A DNA stretch of 33,945 nucleotides, taken from positions 1 to 33,945 of the forward strand of contig JADYYZ010000336.1 in assembly GCA_020853405.1 (NCBI GenBank), read 5' to 3'. The position numbers and the translations under genes are program-made. This DNA comes from Acetobacteraceae bacterium. Its GTDB lineage: Bacteria > Pseudomonadota > Alphaproteobacteria > Acetobacterales > Acetobacteraceae. The notes beneath the pieces are model-generated. The model had not been told where the DNA came from. It made no database searches and saw only the letters and a program-made list of their open reading frames with translations. Each line of letters opens with the position of its first letter. Positions within the stretch are counted from its first letter, which is position 1. Of the stretch, positions 1 through 7,255 are shown in pieces.

Positions 1-255
1 GAAACCCTGCTCGCCACGCCGGAGGCGACGGAATTCCTCACCGCCGTCCCCCAGGCCGGCCGCATCCTCCGCCCGCTCTGCCGCATGCTGGGCCTCACCC
101 CGCCGGCGTGCCTCCGCCTGCCCGAACGCCCCCGCCCGCCGCACCAGAAGCCGCGCGCCGAACCCCGCGCCGCACCGCCGCCCCATCCGCCCGCCCGCCC
201 GCTGCCCGCCTATGTCCGCGCCGCCGTCCGCGCCTGGAAGCCAAAATTCGGCTGA
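1..255 (+). CDS. 3' end of an unknown protein with a proline-rich C-terminal tail; the start lies upstream of the window
   Basis: Frame +1 is open from base 1 to TGA at 253-255. It reads ETLLATPEATEFLTAVPQAGRILRPLCRMLGLTPPACLRLPERPRPPHQKPRAEPRAAPPPHPPARPLPAYVRAAVRAWKPKFG*. Third-codon positions are almost all G/C, as in the confident genes. It is absent from the ORF track because it has no start in the window. I recognise no family. Confidence 0.45.
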   Translation, partial: ETLLATPEATEFLTAVPQAGRILRPLCRMLGLTPPACLRLPERPRPPHQKPRAEPRAAPPPHPPARPLPAYVRAAVRAWKPKFG

Positions 256-412
256 CCGCCACGCCGGGCCGGAATGTGCCCCAATTATTACGATTAAGAA
301 ACAAAATCCCTTGGATCATGCGCTCCACCAGCGGCGTCGCGATCGGGCTGATCGCGGGGCCGGCCCGACCGCTCGCATCACTGCCGGCCGGACGCGCCAG
401 GCACGACCGGCG

Positions 413-1225
413 CTACGCGGTCACCAGCGCCTTCAGCAGCGGCCGTCGCGTGCCGGCGACGAACAGCTCGTTGAAGCCGAGGCTGTAGATCGCGTGCGGA
501 TCGGGGTCGTAGTGGTTGGTCGCGAGGTCGAACTCGATCATGGCGATGTCGAAGAAGAACAGCCGGACATCCTCGTACACCATCCCCAGCGCGTCCGGCG
601 TCACCCACACGTCGGACGCGCTGTTGGTGTGTGTCGCCACCATGTTTTCGCTCCAGTGCGCATGGCGGGCCGGGATCTTGGCCGGGGTCGCGCCAGGGAA
701 CAGCTTGAGCTCGACAAACACCATCCCCTCCGGCGCCAGCGCGTTCGCCAACGCCCGCAGGATGTTGATGCGTGTCTGGCGCATCGGGATGTGGTGCAGG
801 CACAGGAAGGAATAGGCGATGTCGTAGCTGCCGGCCGCCACGCCCCCGGCATCGTCGCCCTGCGTCAGGTGCAGGCGCGACGCGGCCAGCGCAGGATTGG
901 CGCGGGCATGGCCCAGCATCGCCTCGCTGATGTCGCAGCCATCCACCTGCCCCACCCCGCGGGCGGCGAACGCCTCCATCACCCTGCCCACGCCGCAGCC
1001 GAAATCCAGCACCCGCAACCGCGACAGGTCAGCCTGGTCGGGGTCGGCCTTCCAGCCACGGCGCTGGAAATAATGTTGCAGGATGAAGCGGCTGTACCCG
1101 TCGGCGATCCGCCGCAGTTCGGCGTAGTCGGGCGCCACCTGTGCCTGCGCCTGTTCCAGGGTGGCGCTGGTGGCGTCGTACTGCGTCCGCTGGTTGTGCG
1201 CGTAGCGCGCGAGCTTGTCGTCCAT
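413..1225 (-). CDS. Class I SAM-dependent methyltransferase
   Basis: This is the lower part of ORF 413..1288. It has the SAM-binding motif I VLDFGCGVGR followed by DGCDIS and a YDIAYSFLCLHH block. I placed the start at the ATG at 1223-1225 (MDDKLARY...) because GGGAGGAAGC lies directly upstream. It sits 16 nt downstream of the preceding gene's stop. Confidence 0.85.
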   Translation of the reverse strand: MDDKLARYAHNQRTQYDATSATLEQAQAQVAPDYAELRRIADGYSRFILQHYFQRRGWKADPDQADLSRLRVLDFGCGVGRVMEAFAARGVGQVDGCDISEAMLGHARANPALAASRLHLTQGDDAGGVAAGSYDIAYSFLCLHHIPMRQTRINILRALANALAPEGMVFVELKLFPGATPAKIPARHAHWSENMVATHTNSASDVWVTPDALGMVYEDVRLFFFDIAMIEFDLATNHYDPDPHAIYSLGFNELFVAGTRRPLLKALVTA

Positions 1226-1241
1226 GCTTCCTCCCGTCGGG

Positions 1242-2288
1242 TCAGCCGCTCCAGCCGGTCCACCGCCGCCACTGCCGTCGCACCGCACCGGCGAGCCCCG
1301 GATGCAGGCTGTATAGCAGCATTGCCCCCGCGCTCACCCACCAGATCCGCCGCAGCGGCAGGCCGGCATAGCGGTGCAGCAGGTAGCGCAGGCTCCGCCC
1401 CGGATCGGATGCCGCCAGCCCCTGCTCCAGCGCCGCGATCGCGGCGCCGTCGTACAGCGTGCCGGCGATCGCCCGCGACGCGGCGAAGCGATCCGGAAAC
1501 ACCACCCCGGACGCCTCCCAAGGCAGCAGCGCGAAATTCGCCGCCAGCACGGCCTCGGACAGCCGAAACCGTGTCCGGTCGCCGTCGCAGGGGTGGCGCA
1601 GTGCCACCGCCGTGCCGTGGCGGGCGAGCCAGGCCAGGCACAGCGCCTGTTCCGGCACCACGCGCATGTCGGTGAAGCCGGCGGCGCTGCCGATCGGGTT
1701 TCGCGTCGGCCGCCGCCGCCGCAGCGTGGCCGCATCGGGCGGCGGATGGTCCCAGTAGTCGCGGATATCGGCCGCCTCGCCGAACTGCGCCATGTCGGAG
1801 GGATGGAACAGCATCGGGTGGCGCAGCGGATCGCGGGTGGCAAGCGTGGTGATCGTCACCCGGCTCCGGAAATGCCGGGCGGGGTGGCGCCGGGCCGGAC
1901 CGCTGTCGGACAGGCTGGCGATCTGCCGGCCCGCCAGCGCCAGGTCGGGCCGCAGTTTCAGCACATAGGGGCGGGTCGCCTGCGCCAGGCCCAGCCGCAC
2001 CGCCGCGATCTGGCGCAGCAGGTTGTTGGCGTTGCCATTGGCATCGCGCAGGGCAGGGGGTGCCGGCTGCGCCACCAGCTGCACGTCGCCACCGAGGGCG
2101 CGCGCCGCCGGCGCCTCGCCGTCCCAGGTGGACAGGATCAGCTGCGCGCCGGGAAGATGCCGGCGCAGCGAGGCCAGGCAGTGCTCCAGATCGGGCGCCG
2201 GCCGACCGGGCAGGGTGGAGCGGAGCGTGCCCGCGATGACCACCGAAATGGCCGATGCGGGAGGGTGGGCAACGCTCTGGCCGGTCAC
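1242..2288 (-). CDS. WavE-like LPS/glycan biosynthesis protein (family assignment tentative)
   Basis: This is the C-terminal 348 codons of ORF 1242..2957. The N-terminus ISVVIAGT...LILSTWDGE resembles my recollection of the WavE family. The upstream part of the ORF is Arg/Ala/Pro junk that overlaps the next gene. The start is a GTG at 2286-2288 forming a GTGA overlap with the stop (2285-2287) of the upstream gene. There is no in-frame ATG until far downstream. Confidence 0.6.
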   Translation of the reverse strand: MTGQSVAHPPASAISVVIAGTLRSTLPGRPAPDLEHCLASLRRHLPGAQLILSTWDGEAPAARALGGDVQLVAQPAPPALRDANGNANNLLRQIAAVRLGLAQATRPYVLKLRPDLALAGRQIASLSDSGPARRHPARHFRSRVTITTLATRDPLRHPMLFHPSDMAQFGEAADIRDYWDHPPPDAATLRRRRPTRNPIGSAAGFTDMRVVPEQALCLAWLARHGTAVALRHPCDGDRTRFRLSEAVLAANFALLPWEASGVVFPDRFAASRAIAGTLYDGAAIAALEQGLAASDPGRSLRYLLHRYAGLPLRRIWWVSAGAMLLYSLHPGLAGAVRRQWRRWTGWSG

Positions 2289-2830
2289 GGCTTCAGCCGC
2301 GTGCGCACGCGGCGCAGCACGGCATTGGCACTGCGGATCAGCAGGTTGGGGCCGAACCAGCGCAGCAGCGCCGCGCGCCGGCGGATGCGCCCCGCCACCC
2401 GGCGACGGTCGGCCAGCGCCAGGCCGACGGCGCGCACCAGGCAGGCATCGGCCAGCGCCTCGGCGAGTGTCGCCACGTCCTCGTCCTGCCCCGCCACCAG
2501 CAGGGCCGGCGGCAGCCGGTCGCGCTGCGCCAGGGCGGAACCGACGGCACCCAGCACCGCCACCGCGTCGCCCGGCTTCAGGCCGGTCAACAGCAGCACC
2601 GGCACGCGGTCGTGGGGGAGGGTCAGCAACGCGTCCGCGAAGGCTTCCGGCCGCATGCCGCTGCGCGCGATCATGGGCGCGAGCGGCCGTGCATCCCCGC
2701 CGGGCGCGAGGTCGCCGCGGCCGAGCATCACCACGGCGCACGGGGCCTGGCCAAGCAAGGGCAGCAAGGCGGCCGGCAAGCGCATTGGCGCCGCCTCGCC
2801 GGGGCGGCGCGGCAGGACGGCGAGGATCAT
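2285..2830 (-). CDS. Hypothetical protein, 181 aa, no recognisable domain
   Basis: This is the terminal part of ORF 2285..4630 (MILAVLPRRPGEAAP...RRVRTRLKP). Its ATG at 2828-2830 overlaps the stop (2827-2829) of the upstream 590-aa gene as ATGA. Its own stop overlaps the GTG of the next gene. It is called mainly from this coupling and from GC3 bias. Confidence 0.55.
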   Translation of the reverse strand: MILAVLPRRPGEAAPMRLPAALLPLLGQAPCAVVMLGRGDLAPGGDARPLAPMIARSGMRPEAFADALLTLPHDRVPVLLLTGLKPGDAVAVLGAVGSALAQRDRLPPALLVAGQDEDVATLAEALADACLVRAVGLALADRRRVAGRIRRRAALLRWFGPNLLIRSANAVLRRVRTRLKP

Positions 2831-4599
2831 GGCAGCGCCGACCGGATGGCGTGCCGCAATCCGCGCCAGCCGCGGGGATGGTAGGTGACGCGCCGGCTGG
2901 CGAAGGCCAGCTGCAGCGCCGCCACCAGCGCACCGAAGCGCGAGCCGGGGGGGGCATATTCCGCCAGGGACTCGTGGAACATCGGCCCGCGCGGGCGTGC
3001 CGCGAACAGGCGCAGCAGCTCCGGCGACTGGTCCAGCAGATGCCGCTTGGCGCCGCTGCCGTTGGCCAGCAACAGGGCCACCAGCTCGCCGCGGCGGTGA
3101 TATCCGACCTGGTCCAGCAGCACCTGCCGTTCCCAGTCGGCGACGAAACGGGCCACCGCTGCCGCCGTGCGCGGCAGGCTGGCCCCGAGCACAGCGGCCA
3201 CGATGGCCTCCAGCCGCAGCGTCACCCCGTGCCGGCCGCGCCAGCCGGCGCCCCCGGGCGGCGGCAATCCTGCCGGCAGATAGGCGGCGGCGAAGCGTGC
3301 CAGCCGCTGCTCGGCCTCGCCGCGCGCCATCTTGATCAATGGCTTGCGCGGCAGCGGCAGCACCTCCAGCGGTGCGCGCACCTGGCGGACGCGTCCGTCG
3401 GGCAGTTCCGCGCGCACCGCGCCGGCAAAGGACAGGATCGGCCGCGACGTCAGCGAATAGGTGACCGTCCACGGATTGCAGCGGCTCGGGATGCCCTGCG
3501 CGGCGGCGCGCAATCCGTGCTCGACATCCTCGAACTCGGTCCAGTGCAATCCCTCGTCCTGCGGGCAGGCGCGCCACACCGCGCGCTTGGCCAGGCACAG
3601 GCTGCCGTTGACGAAGCTGAGATCCGGCACATGCCGGCGCGGATGGGCCAGCGCGAAGCCGGTGCGCTCCACCTCGGGCAGCACCGCGGGGGCGAAGGCG
3701 CTCGGCGCCGTGCCCGCGCGCGGCATCCCGAGCAGGTCGCGGGCGACCGGACGGTCGACGACACCCAGGTCGGAATAGCGTCGCGGCAGGGCATTCCAGC
3801 GGTCGTCGAACCACAGGCTCTGGAACGCCACCAGCGGGTAGGCATCGCCGAAGCGCCGCACCGCATCCATGAAGTCGCGCGGCAGCAGGATGCGGTCGTG
3901 GAACAGGCACAGGTTGGGGTGCGATGCCTCGGCCGCGAGCCGGTTCTTCTTGGCGCTGATGTTGAGCGGCGGCGCCGGCGGCAGGTCCAGTCCCACGATG
4001 CGCACCTTGTCGCGATGGGCGAAGCCCGGCCCCGGCTCGCCGCACAGCAGGATCTCGCAGCGCGGCACGCCGAGCGCCAGCACGCGGGCAACCACCAGGT
4101 TGAGCAGTGTCGCGTCTTCGGGACCCACCGGAATGCCGAAGGTCCAGGCATCGAGCCCCGGTTCGGTCTCGGCCGGAAGTGGCGCCAGCTTGCGCAACAC
4201 CATCGCCCCGGCCTCGTCGGCATCGCGATGCAGATGTGGCGCGAAATACCCTCGTGTCAGCAAGCTCGGCCGCGCTGCCTCTGCCGCCGGCTCCATCACG
4301 ATGGCGGCACCGACCGGCAAGGCATGGGCGAGGTCCCACAGCAGCAGCGGCGCCAGCGGGCTGTCTTGCTCGATGGCATGGCAGACCACATCGCCGGTCG
4401 GCGGGCTGTCGCGAAACGGTCGGGCGAGACCGTCGACCGTCACCGCCCCCCCGCCATCCACCCCGCCAACCGCGGGAGAGCGGAAGCTCAACAGCGCCGC
4501 GCCGCGCGTGCGGGCGACGGCCAGCAGGGCGGGATCGAATGGCGGCAGCGCGGCCGGCGGTGCCATGCCGAGGCCGCGCGCGTGACGCAGCAGCGGCAT
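2827..4599 (-). CDS. Large GT-A-fold glycosyltransferase-like protein with uncharacterised N- and C-terminal regions (590 aa)
   Basis: This is ORF 2827..4599. The central block WTFGIPVGPEDATLLNLVVARVLALGVPRCEILLCGEPG...NISAKKNRLAAEASHPNLCLFHDRILLPRDF follows the GT2/GT-A layout, with HDR where DxD is expected. About 140 aa at the N-terminus and about 200 aa at the C-terminus are unassigned. The start ATG (4597-4599) shares one base with the upstream stop (TGATG). Confidence 0.7.
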   Translation of the reverse strand: MPLLRHARGLGMAPPAALPPFDPALLAVARTRGAALLSFRSPAVGGVDGGGAVTVDGLARPFRDSPPTGDVVCHAIEQDSPLAPLLLWDLAHALPVGAAIVMEPAAEAARPSLLTRGYFAPHLHRDADEAGAMVLRKLAPLPAETEPGLDAWTFGIPVGPEDATLLNLVVARVLALGVPRCEILLCGEPGPGFAHRDKVRIVGLDLPPAPPLNISAKKNRLAAEASHPNLCLFHDRILLPRDFMDAVRRFGDAYPLVAFQSLWFDDRWNALPRRYSDLGVVDRPVARDLLGMPRAGTAPSAFAPAVLPEVERTGFALAHPRRHVPDLSFVNGSLCLAKRAVWRACPQDEGLHWTEFEDVEHGLRAAAQGIPSRCNPWTVTYSLTSRPILSFAGAVRAELPDGRVRQVRAPLEVLPLPRKPLIKMARGEAEQRLARFAAAYLPAGLPPPGGAGWRGRHGVTLRLEAIVAAVLGASLPRTAAAVARFVADWERQVLLDQVGYHRRGELVALLLANGSGAKRHLLDQSPELLRLFAARPRGPMFHESLAEYAPPGSRFGALVAALQLAFASRRVTYHPRGWRGLRHAIRSALP

Positions 4600-5480
4600 C
4601 AGGCGGGACCGGCGGCCTGCACCGGCGCATCGGGGAACTTGTCGTCCGGTGCGCCGGGCACCTTCACTGCCACCAGCAGCACGTCGCTCAATGCCTCGAA
4701 CTCGCTCACCGTGCCGGGCGGCAGCACGATGCCGTCTCCGGGGCCAAGCAGCCGCGCGCCCATCCGGGCCCGCCCCTCCAGCAGCAAGGTCACCTCGGTG
4801 GCGACGCGATGGTGATGCAATGCCTCGCGCGCGCCGGCAGCAAAACGCTTGACCGCCACTTCACAGCCCGGTGTGTGCAGGGCGGTCGGTGTGAACGGGC
4901 CGACGAACCAGCCGCGCATCATGTCTTCGAGCCGGAACCCGGTTGCGCCGGGCCGGACGCGTGCCACCGGATGCTCGGCACTCTCCAGCGACAGCAGCGC
5001 GTCCGCCAGGCCGAACCGCGTGGGCGTCCCATGCGCCTTGAGCAGGCAGCTCCGGCCGGCTGCCACCAGAAGATCCCCTCGCGCCAGCCAGCCGAGATCC
5101 ACAACCGCGGACCCGTTGACCGCGACTGCGGCCCGCTGACCGGACGCCGGCAGTGACCGCAGCCAGGCTGCCAGCGGACCTGGCGCGAGCGGGATGGCCG
5201 CCTGCGCCAGCTCGCCGGCCGCGAGCACCAGAAGGCTGTCATCGGCGTCGATCCGGTCGGCCGCCAGCAGCGCGGCGCACAGGTTGCCGCCGGTGCCGGC
5301 CGGCAGCATGATCCGTTCGATGCCGTCCAGCGCCGCGCCTGCGCCAGCGGCACTCGCCGCGTCGCAGACGGCCAGGATCGCCGCTGGCGCCAGCACCTGG
5401 CGCGCCGCGGCGGCCAAGGCCGCCAATTCGCCGGCCACCGGCGTGGCGAGCGTGCCATCGGCCACCAGCAGCGCCTTCAT
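4599..5480 (-). CDS. Cupin-domain protein with an uncharacterised N-terminal domain (sugar-modifying enzyme candidate)
   Basis: This is ORF 4599..5480. The C-terminal ~110 aa (EVAVKRFAAGAREALHHHRVATEVTLLLEGRARMG...GDGIVLPPGTVSEF) has the two-motif cupin pattern. The ATG at 5478-5480 overlaps the HAD gene stop (5477-5479) as ATGA. Confidence 0.7.
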   Translation of the reverse strand: MKALLVADGTLATPVAGELAALAAAARQVLAPAAILAVCDAASAAGAGAALDGIERIMLPAGTGGNLCAALLAADRIDADDSLLVLAAGELAQAAIPLAPGPLAAWLRSLPASGQRAAVAVNGSAVVDLGWLARGDLLVAAGRSCLLKAHGTPTRFGLADALLSLESAEHPVARVRPGATGFRLEDMMRGWFVGPFTPTALHTPGCEVAVKRFAAGAREALHHHRVATEVTLLLEGRARMGARLLGPGDGIVLPPGTVSEFEALSDVLLVAVKVPGAPDDKFPDAPVQAAGPA

Positions 5481-6106
5481 GCCGCCGCGCGCCCGGCCTC
5501 GGCGATGGCATGATGCAGGCTGTCAAGGTGGATGTCGGCGAGGCCGCGCACCACCATCACATGGGCGCCGGCGGCGCGCGCGGCGGCGATGCCGTTCGGA
5601 TTGTCCTCGACCACCAGGCAGGCCGCCGGCGGCATCTCGAGCAGGGCTGCGGCCTTCAGATAGATCTCCGGGTCCGGCTTCGGCCGGGTCACATCCTCGT
5701 TCGAGAGCGTCACCTCGATCAGCCCGGCGAGGCCGCAGCGCTGCAGCACCAGATCGACGGTGCGGCGCACCGAGTTGGAGGCAAGGCCGATGCGGTAACC
5801 TTCTGCGCGCAGCTGCGCGATCGCCTCGCGGTGGGCCGCCACCGGTACGGCGACCGCCGGCAGCAGTTCCTGGGTGAAGTCCTGCTTCAACTGGTTGATG
5901 AGGTCGTGCAGCCGCACGGGCAGGCCGCGTTCGGCTGACAGGATGGCCAGCTTGTCGCGCGTGGCCAGGCCGTTGAAGCGCGCCACGTGCTGTTCGCGGG
6001 TTATGCGGTGACCGAACAGGGCAAGTGCCCGGTCCAGCGCCTCGAAATGGCAATCGGCGGCATCGACCAGCACGCCGTCCATGTCGAAGACGATACTACG
6101 TATCAT
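5477..6106 (-). CDS. HAD-superfamily hydrolase (beta-phosphoglucomutase/phosphatase-like)
   Basis: This is the lower part of ORF 5477..6322. HAD motif I is FDMDGVLVD, followed by GLASNS, a K-P-PDPEIY block and VVEDNPNGIAAARAAG. The start MIRSIVFDMDG at ATG 6104-6106 has GGGAGA about 13 nt upstream. It is the first gene of the minus-strand operon. Confidence 0.85.
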   Translation of the reverse strand: MIRSIVFDMDGVLVDAADCHFEALDRALALFGHRITREQHVARFNGLATRDKLAILSAERGLPVRLHDLINQLKQDFTQELLPAVAVPVAAHREAIAQLRAEGYRIGLASNSVRRTVDLVLQRCGLAGLIEVTLSNEDVTRPKPDPEIYLKAAALLEMPPAACLVVEDNPNGIAAARAAGAHVMVVRGLADIHLDSLHHAIAEAGRAAA

Positions 6107-6300
6107 GGCGGCGCCGATCTCCCTTGTGTTCGGACCGATGGGCATGGCGTGGACCGTGCCAATGCCGCCTGCGGCGCGGATGCGGTGGCCACCGCGGCCA
6201 ACATATGCGGGGACTGCCCTGCGCTCTGTCAAGCGCCGGCGTGGCCGCGCCACGGTCCGGCAACGAACCCGATATTCGGCCCGCCATGTGCCGGAACGGA

Positions 6301-6323
6301 TTTGCAACACATTGAAGTGCAAA
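6301..6323. promoter_or_regulatory. Candidate operator: TTTGCA-N11-TGCAAA inverted repeat in the divergent intergenic region
   Basis: The sequence tttgcaacacattgaagtgcaaa has perfect 6-bp arms. It sits in the only AT-rich patch between the HAD operon start (6106) and the 6442 gene. I can assign no regulator. Confidence 0.25.
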
Positions 6324-6441
6324 TCTTTTCTTGTGTACCTCGACGCGGATTTCCACGAAATCGGATGCGCATGTCGCTTGCGTCGCTCCGGCCGCTGTGG
6401 TGAAGTGGCGGCATTGGAAGCATCTGGAAGCCCGATTCGCC

Positions 6442-7227
6442 ATGGCGTCCCGCCGCACCCTCCAACGGCGTCTGCTGACTGCGCTGACGGGCGTCGTCAT
6501 GGCTGCCATGACAACGCCTGGCGTGGCGGCGGTTCCGGGAGGCTGTGGCGTGGCATGCCTCGTTCCTGTGCGGCTCGAACGCCTCGGCCGGGATGCGGCC
6601 GTGGTGCACCTTCCGCCCGATGTGCCCCATTCCGCCGCCGCGGCGAAATTCGATGTGCCGACAGGGCTGCCCGAGGTCGCGCACGTCGCCGTCACGCTGT
6701 TCACCGACGCGGTCACGGCGCAGCCCCTCGCGACGACCGATCCCGACGGACGTCTCGGCGCGCTGGTCGCGCTGTTCCGCGACGTTCCCACGCCCGCCTG
6801 GCAGGCGGCGTTGGGGGAAACGGCGCCGGGGGCGGAAATGGCCGCCACCGCCTTGTTCCTGGCACCGCAGGGGCCGTGGCGCCTGCCGGTTCCGCCCGGT
6901 GCGGCCGGTGGTGGCCCGCCGGTGCAGGTGCCGCAGGCCTTCATGCTGGTGCGCCCCGCCGCGGGCTGGCCGTTCGACCGGGTGCTGATGCATGGGGCGG
7001 CCACCCTGCGCCATGGCCTGCGGCCGCGGCCCGGTCTGCTTGCCGAGGCGACGGTCGAAGTGGTCGACGGCCCTCGCGCCGTGGTGGCCGCGGGCAGTTT
7101 CGCCGGCCAGGATGGGCTCTATTTCCGTGCCGTGCTGCCGCCTGACTTCGCGCCGTCGGCGGCGCAGCGTTCCGCGTTTCTTGCCGCCCTCGCGCACGCG
7201 CTGGGCTCCTGCATAACGCCCGGCTGA
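6442..7227 (+). CDS. Hypothetical exported protein (261 aa)
   Basis: This is the inner part of ORF 6331..7227. It starts at ATG 6442 with MASRRTLQRRLLTALTGVVMAAMTTPGVAA, which has twin arginines, a hydrophobic core and an AxA-like site. GC3 bias is consistent with coding. It lies 28 nt upstream of the RTX protease gene on the same strand. No family is recognised. Confidence 0.55.
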   Translation: MASRRTLQRRLLTALTGVVMAAMTTPGVAAVPGGCGVACLVPVRLERLGRDAAVVHLPPDVPHSAAAAKFDVPTGLPEVAHVAVTLFTDAVTAQPLATTDPDGRLGALVALFRDVPTPAWQAALGETAPGAEMAATALFLAPQGPWRLPVPPGAAGGGPPVQVPQAFMLVRPAAGWPFDRVLMHGAATLRHGLRPRPGLLAEATVEVVDGPRAVVAAGSFAGQDGLYFRAVLPPDFAPSAAQRSAFLAALAHALGSCITPG

Positions 7228-7255
7228 GCCGGGGAGACTTTAGGGAGGAATTCCA

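Noticed and set aside
357-366. The GGGCCGGCCC palindrome between the partial CDS and the methyltransferase gene, considered as a terminator
   Set aside because: It is a 10-bp self-complementary run with no loop and no U-tract, which is expected by chance in DNA of this GC content.
1242-2957. Full-length reading of ORFs 1242..2957 (571 aa), 2285..4630 (781 aa), 15931..16932 (333 aa), 25505..26638 (377 aa) and 5477..6322 (281 aa)
   Set aside because: The N-terminal extensions are low-complexity and overlap the upstream genes. Internal starts coincide exactly with the upstream stop codons (ATGA, GTGA or TGATG) or with good Shine-Dalgarno sequences, so I used the shorter forms.
2023-4815. A 930-aa plus-strand ORF across the glycan-type operon
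   Set aside because: It is an Arg/Ala/Pro/Gly-rich shadow ORF opposite four coupled minus-strand genes. It has no motifs and spans several real gene boundaries.
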